Below are positions 37,020-49,600 of a stretch of 64,000 nt of DNA, piece by piece. The first letter of the stretch is position 1; each line of letters begins with the position of its first letter. A program made the translations under genes and the position numbers. Source of the DNA: Phallusia mammillata (taxonomy: Eukaryota); NCBI GenBank assembly GCA_965637545.1, contig OZ281498.1, forward strand, positions 11,966,001 to 12,030,000. Direction: 5' to 3'. Below the pieces are notes generated by a model that saw only the letters and a program-made list of their open reading frames with translations, was not told where the DNA came from and did no database searches.

Positions 37020-38062
37020 CTCGGGTTGGGAACCACTGCTCTGAAGAATGTAGGCTAATGTATTCGACCCAATAGACAAAAGTTTATCTTGCTTTTACAA
37101 AATATCTTTGGAATATTAACCTATAAAGCACGGTGCGGTCAGTCATATCGTTCTCTTGGCCTGCAAGGTGAATATGTAGCTCTGCAAAGTCGTTAGACAA
37201 AAAGCAATAAATTCTGAACGAAATAGTAAACCGGAACGGCAATGGAAATTGGTTGCCAAAGAAACTATTTGAGGCTGGATCCATCGGCCATAATTTGACC
37301 TACAATCATTAAAAAAGAATAATTATAAATACACTGTGCTAAAAATAAAATCTCCGATTTGATTTTGCAAAAGAAAGTACAAAAAAGGGCTAATTTAAGC
37401 GAATGGATCAAATTTAGATTATAGCCTATAGGCCCTAGGGAAAAAAGGCCTACAAAACTTGACAGGTCAACAATTTCACATTACCCCCACTTTGTCTTTT
37501 GTATTTGTAAAACAAGCTCCAATCTTGTTGTTTTGTGTACAACTTATCATGGAATCCATTGAATATCTCAACAGATACCACCGACTTTTGAAAAATACGT
37601 CTTTTAAAAACAGAACAGTGAAAAACGGGAAAATTCCCTTTCCAAAGACCACTTTAAATTTCAGCTATTTTGGTAACCTCGCGTGCGGTGTGTGTTACTT
37701 AAAAAGGAGGAAGCTCATCTAAAAACGTGCAAAACAATTGCAACAAGTATCGTCACCCACATTATTTTTGGCTGTTGCTTCAAAAAATGTGTGCATAGCG
37801 ATACCCTTGCTTCTTTGACTTTGTAACACTGTTTTTTTACACGTCGTTGGCAACTGACGTACTTTATGAAGTTTGTTTAATAGTATACTAATGTCTGTAA
37901 ATGTATATCACTTGCAGTAAAAGGGCAGACGAATACCGAAAGTGTAACGAAGTTCCCCAAATTAGGCTTTAAATTTTGGTAAAGTTATGCAAACAAAACA
38001 TATGTTGGATTACTGTTTGTAATTGCACTCGGGCGATTGCCAGAAATTTTCACTTGTTCGAA

Positions 38063-41000
38063 ATGAAAGAAAGTTTGATGGAAATTCCATGCAAAAATAA
38101 TCATTATTTTCAAAACTGGTCACAAACATATTCATGCAAACCAGAATTATATTTTGAACCAAGATGTACAGATGATCTGCGAGTAATACTATTAGAGGCG
38201 AAACAACTGAAGAAAAAGGTATGTGCAGAGTTATTGGGAGTTAAGGCTGTTTTTTAATTTTACAGTCTAATTAATAGCAAACAAATATGATTAGATACAC
38301 TGCTTGTTTTAATTTTTTGCTACTCAATTATTGTACATTAAGGTAAAGGTTGTTGGTGGCGGTCTTTCACCTTCTGATATTGCTTGCACCAATCATTTTA
38401 TGATTTCAATGAAGCTCTTTAATAAGATTTTAGAAATTGACAAGACAAACTGTGTAATTACAGTTGAATCAGGTGTGTCATAAAATCCAAATGCATTTGT
38501 GACTAAGCAATAACATGCTGTCTGTTTTCAACAATTAATTGACACTTCTTGTAAGTTAAATTTACCAAAAATGATTCTGTATCTCTGAAAATATCTGATG
38601 ACTTGTTAGATCATTCATAAAAACAATCTGTCTGCTGTACACTAAAGTCTGCCTGCTGCACTAAAAAGACTAAGATGTCATTAGTGATTAACATGTGTCT
38701 ATGCGATTGTGGTTACCTTATAATTAAAACTGTTACAATCTTGGTTTAGCATATTAGAGGATATCCACATCATTGAAATTTTATATGTGTATGGATACAA
38801 AACAGTTTTTGCTATGACTTTTAGGAGTTACAATTTACCAGCTTAACAATCATGTCCTTCCATCGAATGGTTTGGCATTGAGCAATATGGGTTCAGTATC
38901 TGGCCAGTGTGTGGGTGGAATTATTGGCACTGGTACCCATGGTACTGGAGGCAATTTTGGATCATTTGCCTCTTGTGTGCTGGAAGTTACTTTTATGATT
39001 TCGGATGGTATTGTTAGTTTTGTAATGCACAGTATCAATTTCAGTTGACAGAAAATATGCATTGATTGCAGGGTCAATAATTAAGTGTTCAAAAGAAAAA
39101 AATGGTGAACTGTTTCAAGCTGTCTGCTGCCATCTTGGACTACTAGGCATCATTCTAGTAGTTAAGATTCAGGCAAGTTTACTGATGACAATACTGTAGA
39201 TTTTCTAAATTTTATTTTATTATTTTAATTTGTACAGTGTGAACCAGCATTTAAACTGCATTTGAAACAAGCCTCTGGTTTGCTTGAAGATAATCTGGTT
39301 GATTTAAAGTCACTTATTTCTCAGTCTCAACATTTTCGATTTTTCTGGTTTCCACACACAGGTAAGGAGTGCTTTTTTGTTTGATAATAATTCATTGAAT
39401 AGACCTGAAGTGAACCAAAGTGGTCTTAATTATCTGGTTTTACATAGATTATGTTGTAAACTTCATGGCCGATCGGACTAAAAGACCTTCAAAGGAAGGT
39501 GGCAGTTGGTTCTGGTCTCAACTTGTTGGTCACTATGTGCTTGAGTTTTTTCTGTGGGTTTCAACATTTTTCCCTTGTCTTGTGCCTTTTATTAATCGTC
39601 TCTTTTTTAAAATGTGCTATTCAGGTATGTAAAACAAAATGCTTTTGTTTGTTCGCGTTTTGGTGGTTGCCAACTGCACTATTTAATGTTTTTTAGATAA
39701 AATTCTAGGTTGCTTGCTAAAAGAAATTAACTGTTGGTGCTAATCAGCATGAAATGTTTTAGATTTGAAATTGTTGCCTTGATTTGAGAAATGCAATCCA
39801 CAGTTAGCTAATGTTTAAATAATGACACAGGCCCAAATTACAGGGTCATCCGAAAGTGTGCGCAGAAGTGATCGAGTTTTTACCTTTGACTGTTTGTTCA
39901 AGCAATATGTAACTGAATGGGCAATACCTCAACAAAATACTGTTACTGTCCTTAGGAAAATGAGAGAGTGGATTATTGCAAATTCTCATGTTAAGGTGGG
40001 TAAAATATGTTAAGGCCATGTCTTTCAGATGGCAGAAATTTTTTAGATTTGAAGGTTAAGTGATTATGATTTTGCTGAAACGTTAAACAAACGCCTCTGA
40101 TTGATGTTGGTTTGATTTAAGTTAAGTTTATTTGCGCTCGGTGAAACAATCGTAGTAACACAGTAGCACTAAAATTTTCATCTTGCCGAAACTAGTTGTG
40201 CAAAGTTAAGACATGTTCTGACAAATGCTGCTGTAAATAAACTCTGGTGCATCTACATGTGTTTACAGCCACTTTGCTTAAAAAACGGACTGATAAATAA
40301 GCTCTAAGGGAAGCAACTTTTGCGCCACGGTACCTTTCGGTAATGTGGTGTGTTCATGCCGTTTGCTAAATGGTGACAGTGCAGTAGAAATTTTGCTATG
40401 TAATTTTTAATTTCCTCAGCTTGCAGGATGTTACTGCCTATATCAGTCCGAATATGATTTCCTATTCATCCCACGTTTTTCGCGCAGCTGAGAATAATTG
40501 ATGGATAGCTTTTTGATAGCGTGAAAATGCACTCACGTGCAATAGCACTGTTACATATTTAAATGTTAAACCTGATTATACTGTTTTGTTCTGCAACGTA
40601 ATACGCTTTATTTAGGTAATTTCCCAATATTTGTGTTTACCGTTTTATGTAGACAGTGTTTTTTTAAGGTGTTTTGGGGGACCATTTCTCCAGCGGTTTC
40701 CCAAAATTTGCCAGTAGCCTAATAAATAATTCGTTTAAGCAAATATGGCTATTTTTTGGTATTTAAATGAAACACTTGCGGTCTCTTAAAACTACTTAGC
40801 GGTCACCCAAACCAAACCTTAAAAAAACCCTGTAGGTACACTTTCCAGTAGAAGTTCGATTTGTCAAACAAGATGGAATTATGCTCGCCCCATCAGGAGA
40901 TGAAGACGTCACTTACATCGGAATCATATCCTTCAGGTTTATTACCGTGTCAAAAGTATTGAGCATTTTTTCGTGAACAGAAAATTCTTACAGCTAGTTT

Positions 41001-41770
41001 TTTTTATTGTTTAGACCATACGGCAAAATCGTTCCACACGATGAGTGGTGGAATTTCTTTGAAAACTTGGCAACTGAATATGGAGGGAAACCGCACTGGG
41101 CAAAAGCACACAAGGTATTCGCTGTTTTCTGTTTTGAACACGCTGTTCCAAACGTTGCGTTTATGATTAACTCTTGTTGATGTTGTACAACAGGAGCATT
41201 GAGAGGTTTCGTTGCACTTTCGTTGCACATTGGCACTTTGTTGTTGTTGTTGTTTGTTTCATTTTTATCCTCGGTGGGCGTTCAAAGCCTGAATGCGTTA
41301 TGCTCTCAATGAGTCCGACGTCGAGCTGCCTGTTTTTATTGCAAGCCCGATGATCATTTTTTATTTGATTTTTTCAAATTGAGGCAGTTGGTGACTTCAA
41401 TTTAGTTCAACCCATCGGGAACCACTTGGGTTGGAGCAATGCCGCTTAAGTTTCTTGCTCAGGGAAACACAAGCAACCGAGATAGGATTAGAACCCATGA
41501 CCTTGTGATCAAGGCGGTTGCGTTAACCACTCGGCCAACTTGGCGGCTATTTAAGGATTTTCTTCTTGCGTATAATTTTAACTACTTGTTTTACGCATAA
41601 TGTTAAAGGTTAAAGCTGACGATTTTCGAAGAATGTACCCAAAGTTTGATCGTTTCATGGAAATCAGAAGACAACTTGATCCAACATGTATGTTTTGGAA
41701 TGATTACTGGCGGCGTGTAATGGGCAAGGATGGTTTCCACATGGTGGCGCCAGAGAAACAACGATTGTAA
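38063..41770 (+). CDS. GULO: L-gulono-1,4-lactone oxidase-like aldonolactone oxidoreductase, intact ORF (10 exons)
   Basis: [104 protein letters not shown] and LDPTCMF; stop at 41770. All junctions are phase-compatible, with a GC-AG intron at 39173-39237. Start is at 38063 or 38078. Confidence 0.92.
41235..41548 (-). mobile_element. tRNA-derived SINE with CORE-like body and (CAA)n tail, in the last GULO intron
   Basis: Minus strand has an A-box-like gttggccgagtggttaacgc, a B-box-like gggttctaatcc, the CORE-like gtgtttccctgagcaagaaacttaa, and a caa repeat tail. Confidence 0.7.
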
Positions 41771-44700
41771 CAAAGTGCATTTATGTTGAGATGTAAGAAA
41801 TGTGTGTATTTCGGCACAACTCATTTTATTAATACTTGAATTGCTTATCTGCTTTTGCTGCTCATAATTCTTCGAAATTTTTTTGATTGTGCTTTTATCA
41901 GGGCCTATTGCAATGTTTATTCTCGCAGTTCAATTTTATTACCTTGCTTCTATTTTGTTTTGTCACTTTGGTGTAAGCAGTGTTTGTTTGGTATTGATTT
42001 TAAGGAGCCTGTTTTTTTGAGTGAATTAAAGAATAATGTGCTGTGCAGGTAAATTGTGCTGTAACAGAAACAACGTTTGGAAGCGTGTGCTTATATAGGT
42101 GTAATCGGTGCGCATTTCCTAAAATGTAACTGATGCTGTATATGTTATTACCCTTGTGTTATAAACGATGGATCGAAGAAGCTACGGCTGGTTGGTCGAT
42201 ATTCCTGTGTATCTATATCCGTCGCTACCTGGCTTGTCCAAGGAACTGCAGTTACTACTCAATAAAACGCGTCGTTGTAACACACGGAAACCCAGGGCAA
42301 CTCTATTTATTATCTTTAAAAAAATGAACAAATAGGCTGTAGGTTTTTTGATATGTGCTTTTTGTCAAGTTAAGCATCTTTATTGACCTAAAACCAACTT
42401 GACGAATTATCCGATTGTCAAGTAAAGACTGGAAATCGTAACTTTCTTCGGTTCACCACCACTTCGATTTTCCATATCATCGAGGATTTAATCTCAGGTT
42501 GATTATCAGACATTTGGATTACGATATGGCTCAACGTTGGAGCGAACACTTTTCAGATCAATAACATACGACACCCTACCGTCATCATGTCACTGTTTCC
42601 ATCTGTCATTTTCAACTTCACTCACCATTTCTTCGCCCGTTTTCATGTATCTCTCTTTGTTCCTTGATTTTTAATCTTTGCATCAAGAGGCAATTCACTG
42701 AAACCACTAGAAAACCTATCCGTTATTTTTAATATTTTGGGGGGGTAATTTTTTTGTGTGTGTCACTGGCATCAAAGTATTGAACTTTTTCAGACAAACC
42801 TAACATATTGATTAATTACTTTCTCATAAAACTAATTGGACATTAAAGTTTAATAAACCCACTGTAAAAATTGCTTTTCGTTGCATTGAAAATTGATTAA
42901 TGCCATGAATTGTTTTCATTACAGTTTTGTCATAATTAGCACCGTTGCAAAATTGAGTGGCGTGAAGGAAAATACTTGTAAATAATTTTCTTGCTGTTAT
43001 CTTTGTATGTGAGTCAAAAAAGCTTTGCATTTGCAAATACGAATGCGGTCATTATTTTCTTTGTTAATCTTCTTAATTGCCTTTTGTACACTTTACACAT
43101 GAAATTGTCAGCTGCAGAAATCTTAACGTAGGTAAAAATATGGAGTCACATGCTTTATTCCGACACCATGCCACTGAAAAACAAATAACTTAATTACAAT
43201 TAAAATCCCCCTTAGATTTGTACTAATTAGCAATTTTCGTACATTGGCGCTTATTTGACATGATTAGTCATTACCGGTACACAAAGATGTACATTGTGTT
43301 GTTCAAAAGGATTGATTTTTCTAATACTATCTGTGTTTGATAATGAACTCGGCTTTGCCGTTTACTTCCGTGATTTTATACAGTGTTGTTTTGTGGTTCT
43401 GTAATTACAGGATCTCGAAACAACCGTAACGAAAGATCGACCGTAAACCCTGTTTTATTGCACTCGGCTGTCTTTGTTACTTGTGATTCTTTCACAACTA
43501 CTGTTTGTACCGTTTTGTACAGGGGGAAGTTAGGGAAATGTTTGTGAAGTATTTTATTGCTCGATCACATCCAACGGGCAGTCACTGTTTCGTCTGTCTT
43601 GCTTCCTTGATAGAACTGTCACATCAAGATCGTTTTTCCTGCGTGACATGTGCGGCTTGCAAACAACGCCATGTAATTCTGCATAATTTAGTGGGCTCTG
43701 CTTGGGCGTAAGCAGCAATTACCGTTGAATTTAATGCAAATTAAATCTTGTGTGGAAGAGAGGCCATGAAATATTGATAGCGGGGTCTAAATTTCAACAG
43801 ATGAAACTTTACCAAACGACATAGTTGGTCGCATGCAAGGGCATCTAAGCAAGTTGTAATCATAAAAAACACAGATTTTTTAACAGATAGTGTTTTCCAC
43901 AGAAAAATAATTGGGGTCAAACTCGTACGCGCTTTCTGTCTAAATTAGTGGCTGGCATCGATTGGAGTTTCACACAAATAATCCAGTTAGTGAATTTGCA
44001 GCCTTTTATGCATTTAAGGTTGAAACAGGTGCACCATAATAGAGCTTACTTCAACAATTATTTTCACCAGCAAACGCAAGGACACAGTGGATCTTATATC
44101 AAGGAAAATAGTCGGCATCTCGATTTGATAGCCGGCAAATGGAATCGATCCATTTTTGCGCTGAAACGCCTTCGTCTCATTACGGTGCTGCATCTTCCAC
44201 CCGTCATCCAAACACTTTGTTAATGGGGTATGTGGCGGTTCGGAACGCTCTTCGCTTTTGGACGCAGGTCACCGACGCTTCGCGATGAAGGCGCGAATAT
44301 TCGGGCAAATGGAAAACCAATACCACAGGGTACAACTACGCTGTCTCGGGGGGATTACGTCCATAATTACGAACCAGCCTTCTTTCTTCTGCGCAAATAA
44401 CATCGTCATTCTTTGTCAGCTTCCCTCCCTGCGTTGAAATTGAGAGTGAGCGTGGTCGTTGCGTCATACAGAACGAGAGGTTTAATGTTGGTACAAGCAT
44501 AACACCAATAATGTAAGGTCGAAAGGTACACAACGGTGTAAAGAGACTTGTGATGCAACAAATGTGTTCAAGAATATGCATACTGAAAGTCGATCCATAA
44601 TGTAATGCCGAAACTAGAAATGCATGATCATAAAGGTAACGGTTTCGCTGCGTTTCAGTGCTTTATGCGTTTTTCACAAAGCGATACGCGTTGGCTTGTT

Positions 44701-46687
44701 TAAACTCCGTGGCTACGCACACACGGCGCTGTATTGTTAAGGGTGAGTGCACACACGTGTGGAAGTTGCCTCTGTAGACTTTGTGTTGGTCGCCATCCCT
44801 TTTCTGCGCCTCGTTTGGTCTTTGCTCCGGCGTACTGACGTCGCCAGACGCAGGTGAGATATCGCGTGCACTGTACGTAAACGCTTCAGTTAAATCCAAA
44901 TCTGCTAGTGTCTGGAAGCCGCCTAGCCCCTTGTGAAAATTGTGTTTTCGGTGGACTGGGACTCGGAAGAAGTATTTTTTTTTCTGTAATGTTAATTTTA
45001 TTAGGTTACATCGTTGGATAATTATAAAGCTATTTATTTGTCCGATGATTTAAAACTGGGGTTGAGGGATATTATGTTTGAGCAATTAGTGAAATCAGTA
45101 AATATTTTTACGAGAGGTAAAGATATATACGAACGTTCAGCTAAAGTTTCGAGTTAGAATTTAGAAATTACCTCACAAATGTACAAAGACAAGAATACCC
45201 AGGACAGACGTTGCTTTAGTGCTTCGACCAAATGGTCCAAGTTGGGATCGATAACGGAGAGTAATTACCAAGGGCACAGTTACATCTGGCCTCAGCCTAT
45301 TCCCTTGCAAAATAAGAAAAGAGACGCAGGGACGTGCGCTTTGATTAGATGCGATTTAAAAGATTTTATTTTTGGTCGCTAATACTGCTTTCGACCGATG
45401 CATGGACCTTGACTAATCTTAGCGTTCCACTCGTTCTCTCTCTTGATATTTCGTAGACCCACCTGCGGTGGAAATGTGAGAATCAGAGATTTTTTAAATT
45501 ATTAATACACCTGCATGCATTTTACTGCGTTTTCGCTGGGCGCCCAAGGCAGCTGTTGCTTTCGACTGGTTTAGTCGCTTTGGACAGAAAATGCAGATCG
45601 ATGAATTTTAGGCTACAATTTATTAAAAAGATTTGTCAACATTTGTTAGTACCATTTATCAGGACATAAACTTGGTAGGTGCTGTTACATGGTTGTGAAT
45701 AGCAGCTGATCGCCAGTTTTAGAAAATGGCGGTTGTCAGTTTTTCAGCAGCTTTCAGATATTCGTTCAGGTTGATATAGTTCTAAATGAAAATTATTTTC
45801 CACTTCATTGTGTACCGAAGGTAGAAAAACATTTTGTCATTGCTTGTGTTTTTTTTTTCACATCACTGTGCATTTGGAAAATTGATCTGTTAACGAGACT
45901 GCAAGGCTTGTCGACGCTGTCAAGTCTCATCTAGTTTTAAGTGCATCACCTTGCTGGCTGATATTAGATTGCCAAATTTGATTGGCGATGAGACGTGGGC
46001 TTAGGCTATTTCCAGATTGACAAGCAAGCTGCGGGACATGCCAGTTGCTGCTGTGACTAAGTTGTATGAGTGCATTAACAGTATAACTTAATTATTGCCA
46101 AACCAGCAGTAAAGCTAGACAATCGTCGTTAGGGATTGCTAGGCGCTTTGTGAGAAACATTTTCTTGTAATAATTGGCCTTGACATGACAACATGTGTTA
46201 TTTTTGGCCACAATGGTCAGCAACATTTATCTGTAACTATTTGACATTGTTTAAGCTGCTGTTGTGCTTTGTGTTCAGTTTTGATAATTTCAACAGGAGG
46301 TTACCGTTGACCCCGTAAGGATTTGGTCTAGATTTTTTCACGGCACGTGAATACCAATAACATTGTCAGGGAGATGTAGTTTTTCTAAAGCTTTTGTTGT
46401 ATTGTGTTGCAGATACGTCCTGCCATTATCTTATGGCGGTAGCGGAAACGTCGTCTCTAGATACGGTGAAGTTATTTCTTGGTGTTTGTATCAAATGAAA
46501 CTGCACGTTTACTGACGCAAAGTAGTACATTGGACATCATAGCAATAAGGCTGGTTCATGCGGGGATCGCATAATCGAGCATTCTACGTTGTGCACAGAC
46601 AGGACGTCTGTTTCCCCTGGTGACCAGCACATACCATCGATCGCGCATTATCAAGCTCATCTGGAGGCAAACACACAAAATACGGCG

Positions 46688-49600
46688 ATGGCTGCATCAG
46701 TTGCAGCATGGTTACCCTTCGCCAGGGCTGCAGCAATAGGTAAGAGCTTGTTAGAACGGCTATTATTCTTGCGTTCCATTGTAATTGTGCATTGTATCCA
46801 TTGTTCTTTAACTGCGAACATAATCAGTCTGTTATCCTTGCTTTACGACAAGTTGAAACCAGACTTCTAAGTTGACCTTTACCGATGCCATTGCGAAACA
46901 AATGTCATGCACTTACCAAGAGTGGAATATTGGGAACTGTAAAAAAGTGCCTTTAGGTGGACACGGTACAGTATGTTATCACTTCCTCATCAGACCAGGG
47001 TCGTTTAAACAGTCGATTAACCTTGAATTATTCATAAAGAGTAACTTTAAGCCATAGTTCTTGAAGTACTTAGGCTAACCTTGCAATAGGGTCAACCCCA
47101 GTTTTTGCCAAAAACTTGCATGAAACCTATCACCGAAATGGAAATTGGCTAGTGTCAAGTCCAATGTTGCCAAAGTGCAGTAAAACAAGCCAGCAAATTT
47201 GGATTAAAGCATTGCTGAATAATTTAGTGCCCGTTCGGATGATTTCGGCGATGCAGGCAACCAGACATCGATTTATTGCATTGAAAACGCTCATGAACAT
47301 GCATCTATAGTTTTATATGTTTGTATTTGTCGAAGTTTACTAATCAAGATAATAACCATTTAAAAAAAAATAAGTGTGTAATTTAGAACATTCTAATAAT
47401 ACCAAGAGCACCATGCGTTGATTAAGATGCCAACAAACAACAGTCAAAATCTCATTAGCTGAGCCCTTAGACTCGGTTTGAATGCGTTGCAACATAATCC
47501 CCAAAAATAATGCCATTCTACCTACGTTGGACTAATCTTCCCGATATAAGCAAACGTTTTTTAAATAGTTCTGCAATACTATTTTTGAGATTTATTGTAT
47601 GCAAAAAAGGTTCTATGGAATCTATGCGGTTGCTGCGATGCTTAAATCAATGTTTACTGGTATCTTTTTTCTTTGATAAGAAAAGTATGTGTTGTAAAAA
47701 CGTATTGCGATTTGTTAACAATTAGGGGTTGGTGGACATTGTTGTAAATATATCTGTTTGAAAATGGTCGGTTTCTGTTGTAATAAGTAGTATTATGAGA
47801 TATATTGTTTTATTAGTGTTAATATAAATCCAAAAAGATTTCATAATGACATTCTAGGAGATTGATAACACGAGAATAACATAAAGAGATGAGATTACTG
47901 AAAGCTACATGCATTACTTCTAAGCGTAATCTTTTGACATGTTTGTAGATTGTCATTGCAATTATTTTGACCTATAATAGTCGTTTACACGCAATTCTTC
48001 GTTTTGACGTCCCAATATACTAAGAAAGACATCTCACCTTTGTCACAGGAGAACGGTATAAATAATTAATTGCAGCTTACGAGCTGGGGACACTGTGGGC
48101 GTTTTTGCTCTAAACTTTATTTTAAACCGTATGGAAAGCAAAAATTAAGAATCTTTTTGATGAAGGTGCAACTTTTGCGCAAATTATCATGAATGAAGTT
48201 AGTCACTATAGTTGATTTAATCCACTACATACCATATCAATTGCGGAAGGTCAAAAAGAGAAAAAAGAATTCACCAATCGTGTGAAACGGCACATCAATC
48301 TTTGTAATCGGTTTCCTTTTTATACCTTAATCCCTGTCTCATTGATTTGTTTCCATTGCCAGCAACCCTGAGTTCCAAGAATTGAGTTTCAGATTTGCGC
48401 AATGAGCAGGACGGTCCCAGTTGCAAGGACAGATAAAGTGTGCGAGTTTAGCTATTGACATGTGAATACTACGATATGCTCCGCGTTTATCAAGTTTTTA
48501 AATGTTTGCGGATGGTTTTGTCGCTTTAATTTGATCTACGACTATTTTCTAACACCTAACGCATTTAAACAGGATAGAAAAATATATATATTTGGCTTCC
48601 ATTTATAACTTTATTTCAGAAATAGAAAGAATTTGATATTTTTAACCAATGTTGTAGCTTGTAGGTTATGTTGATAGTCGATACAACTAAAGCTGTGTGA
48701 ATGCCATAAAGAGATTAACTGAGAATTTCGAGATTTCGAGATTTCGAGATTTGGGTTTGATGTTGATTACATTGTCCGTATTTAAATCAGCAAAATGTAC
48801 CAATATTTTTGATGAAAAACAATGTTTGATTTATGTGATTCATTGGACGGTAATTCAGAAGTTTATCTTGGCACTGATGGCAGTATTTATGAATATGGTA
48901 AGCACAAGCTTTTATAAGCGTGCGTGTGTTGATAACTGGTTGATTTGTGTACATTATAAAATTGGCCAATTCACCTGTAGCAGTAAAATCGAAATCGTTA
49001 TTCCCACACTGACTCAAAACATTCAATTTCGCGCCACAGGGTCACATTGCATCCCTTGCCAAATAATTTCTTCATGAATTTTTAAAGCGATTTGCCGCGG
49101 AGCGCTAGAACCGGACACTCCTTTCACTTTAACATGCAACGAAACTGCAATTTTATCGTAAAACTTTCATACTTCAGGCACGAACGGTTGATATGTTTAC
49201 ATTTAAACTCGAGTAACTACACACTACAATCGACACAGTTGACTGGTTACAATAATGACTAAATAATCGGCATTGTGAAAGGTTTGCATTATTTATGACC
49301 TAAACCTTCACGTTTGGCGGTCGAATTTTTTTTAGTTGTGTAAGCAATGTCTGGACCTAACCGTTTAGATATGTGCATTATTATCCGTTGAAGGGAAAGC
49401 GAGCAAGCGTATAGAAAAGTCCGTCTTCCACCATCAAGTTGTACAGTTGACAGTTCTCCTTCATACTGTGCTTAAATTTCTTTTCTTTGAAAATCAGTGC
49501 CGCCAGTATAAGTTGTGTGTGAGTACAAGTGTGTTATACTGTTTGCTGAGAACCACAAAGAAGTTTGCAGCTGGTATTCCTACGGTTTGCAGGCTCGTGT

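Noticed and set aside
43505-43711. 68-aa ORF with CxxC pairs resembling a zinc finger
   Set aside because: Short, no splice context, and no recognisable spacing.
45525-45610. Frame reading FRWAPKAAVAFDWF, reminiscent of the Kv4 N-terminus [12 protein letters not shown]
   Set aside because: No in-frame ATG or usable splice donor, and it ends in a stop; most likely chance.
48697-49077. 126-aa ORF in Kv4 intron 1
   Set aside because: No motif; it begins in an 8-bp microsatellite (gagatttc)n and has AT-rich random composition.
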